Both the position numbers and the translations under genes were made by a program. This document shows, in pieces, positions 61,711-64,000 of a stretch of DNA of 64,000 bases. The notes under the pieces are model-generated. The model worked only from the letters and a program-made list of their open reading frames with translations, did no database searches and was not told the DNA's origin. The DNA comes from the human T2T-CHM13v2.0 reference genome, Homo sapiens: assembly GCF_009914755.1 (NCBI RefSeq), contig NC_060935.1, one strand, 5' to 3'. Positions within the stretch are counted from its first letter, which is position 1. The number at the start of each line of letters is the position of its first letter.

Positions 61711-62931
61711 CCATTGGAGAAAGGGCACCTCATGCAATAAATGGTGTTGGAAAAACTGGATAGCCACACGTAAAGGAATGAAACTTGATCCCTATCTCTC
61801 ATCATCTACAAAAATCAACTCAAGATGGATGAGACTTAAATCTAAGACTCAAAACCATAAAAATTCTAGAAGAAAACCTAGGAAAATCACTTCTGGACAT
61901 TGGCTTAGGCAAAGAATTTATGGCTAGGACCCCAAAAGCAAATGTAACAAAGACAAAAATAAATAAATAAGACCTAATTAAACTAATAAACCTTCCACAC
62001 AGCAAAACAAATAATCATCAGTATAAACAGACAACCCACAGATTGCGAGAAAATATTTGCAAATTATGCATCTGACAAAGGACAAATATCTAGAATTTAC
62101 AAGGAACTTTAAAAAAAAAGAGCAAGAAAAAAAATAATCCGATCAAAAAGTGGGCAAGAATGGATGTTTCTCAAAAGAAGACATACAAATGGCCAATAAA
62201 CATATGAAAAAATGCTCAACATCACTAAGCATCACAGAAATTCACATTAAAGCCACAATGAGATACCACCTTACCGCAGCCAGAATGGCCATTATTAAAA
62301 AGTCAAAAAACAATAGCTGTTGGCATGGATTTGGTAAAAAGGGAATGCTTATACACTGGTGGTCAGAATGTAAATTAGTACAACATCTATGGAAACCAGT
62401 ATATTAGATGTCTTGAATAACTAAAAGTAGATCTACCATTCAATCCACCAATCCCACTACTGGGTGTCTACCCCAAAGAAAAGAAGTTATGACATTAAAA
62501 AGATACCTACAAACATGTTTATCACAGCACAGTTCACAATTACAAATTACAAAGTGAGTGGATAAAGAAAATGTGGCACATGTACACTATGAAATACCCA
62601 GCTATAAAAAAGAATGAAATAATATCTCCTGCAGTGATTTGGATGGAGCTGGAGGCTATTCTAAGTAATTCAGGAATGGAAAACTAAATACCATATAAAC
62701 TCACTTATAAGTGGGTGCTAAGGTATGGGTATGCAAAGACATACAGAATGGTGTAATAGATGCTGGAGACTCAGAAGAGGGGAGGGTGGGAGATAAAGGC
62801 TAAAAAAGTATATATTAGATACAATATATATTATGCAGGTGATGGGTGCACTAAAATCTTAGACTTTACCACTACACAATTCATCCATGTAATCAAAAAC
62901 CACTTGTACCCCAAAAGTTACTGAAATAAAA
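61711..62931 (+). mobile_element. 5'-truncated L1PB-type element nested in L1MA
   Basis: ORF2 C-terminal remnants ([17 protein letters not shown]) and 3' end CACTTGTACCCCAAAAGTTACTGAAATAAAA. Confidence 0.82.
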
Positions 62932-63629
62932 TATTAAGAAAGTAGGCAAAATGCATGAGGAATTATTCATAAAACAAGACATTCATATGGCTGATAAATA
63001 TAGCCATAATGGATCACACACACACACACACACACACACACTGTGATGCTCAAACACACGAGTAATCGGTGAAATAAAAATCAAGAACACAAAAAGGAAA
63101 TGTAGAATATGTATGTGGAATGAAACATTAGTGAGTCTTAGAAAAGGAGATCCTGTCATTTGCAACAACATGAGTGAACCTAGAGGAAATTAAGTTAAAC
63201 AAATAAGACATACAGAGAAAGAGAAATACCATATGATCTCATTCATACACGGAATATAAAAAAGTTGAACTAATCAAAACAGAGAGTAAAATATTGTCTA
63301 CCAGGATCTTGGGGATAGGAAAATTGGTGAGATGTTGGTCAAAGGGTAAAAACTTTCAGTTATAAAATGAGTAAGTTCTGGATATCTAATGTACAGCATG
63401 GTGACTATAGTTGATAAAAATGTATTTATACTTAAAATTTGCTGAGAGTAGATTGTAAGTGTTCTCACCACAGGGGAAATAAGGGTAACTATGTGAGGTG
63501 ATGGGTATGTTAATTAGCTTGATTGGGGTAATCATTTCACAATGTATACATATTTCAAATCATTACTTTGTACATCTTAGATATATACAGTTTTTCTTAT
63601 CAATCATACCTTAATAATCCTGGAGGGGA

Positions 63630-63870
63630 ATAAAAATATTATTTGGATAATTGGAAAAACTTTAATGAGGTCTGTGGATTTGGTGCTACTAATTATCCAT
63701 GTTAGTTTCCTGATTTTGATAATTTCATTGGTGTTATATAACATAATGTCTTTGTTAGTAAGGATTACACATTAAAGTGTTCAAGGGTGTTGAGGCATCA
63801 TGGGAACAACTTCCTTTCAAATGGTTCAGGAAAAAAATTTCTTTGAACTATTCTTGAAACCTTTATGAAG
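63630..63870 (+). mobile_element. Old L1MC-like 3' end (right half)
   Basis: GTTAGTTTCCTGATTTTGATAAT..CAAATGGTTCAGGAAAAAA motifs. Confidence 0.6.
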
Positions 63871-64000
63871 GTTTGAAAGCATTTTTTAAAAGCAGCTGAA
63901 TTATTGTAATTTTATTATGATTTCCATTTTGTTAGGTTTTTTAATTGTGTATTTGTTTTCTGGTAAAGACATCAGTCTGTCTTTAAACTGAATTGAGAAA

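Overview
AT-rich, repeat-dense primate (human-like) nuclear DNA, intergenic or deep intronic. I find no recognisable host protein-coding exon, RNA gene, CpG island or CRISPR array, and I cannot name the locus. The window is dominated by transposable elements: a two-LTR THE1A (MaLR) element, an ancient two-LTR ERVL-class provirus remnant, a full-length but inactivated L1PA4-like LINE-1, a young 5'-inverted L1PA2-like copy, several older nested L1s, nine Alus, and solo MLT1/MST/THE1B/LTR16 LTRs, L2, MIR and hAT MITE relics. Subfamily names come from recalled consensus motifs, not from a search. I see no convincing new biological system. The best leads are: an open, extended antisense ORF0 in an otherwise dead L1; two L1 3' transductions; a TSD-bounded L1 missing its whole centre; a tailless Alu with intact TSDs; a minisatellite born across an LTR/TSD/flank junction; a 186-bp perfect AT-rich palindrome; several template-switch scars; a 259-codon orphan ORF starting in an LTR; and a few motif-dense candidate enhancers.
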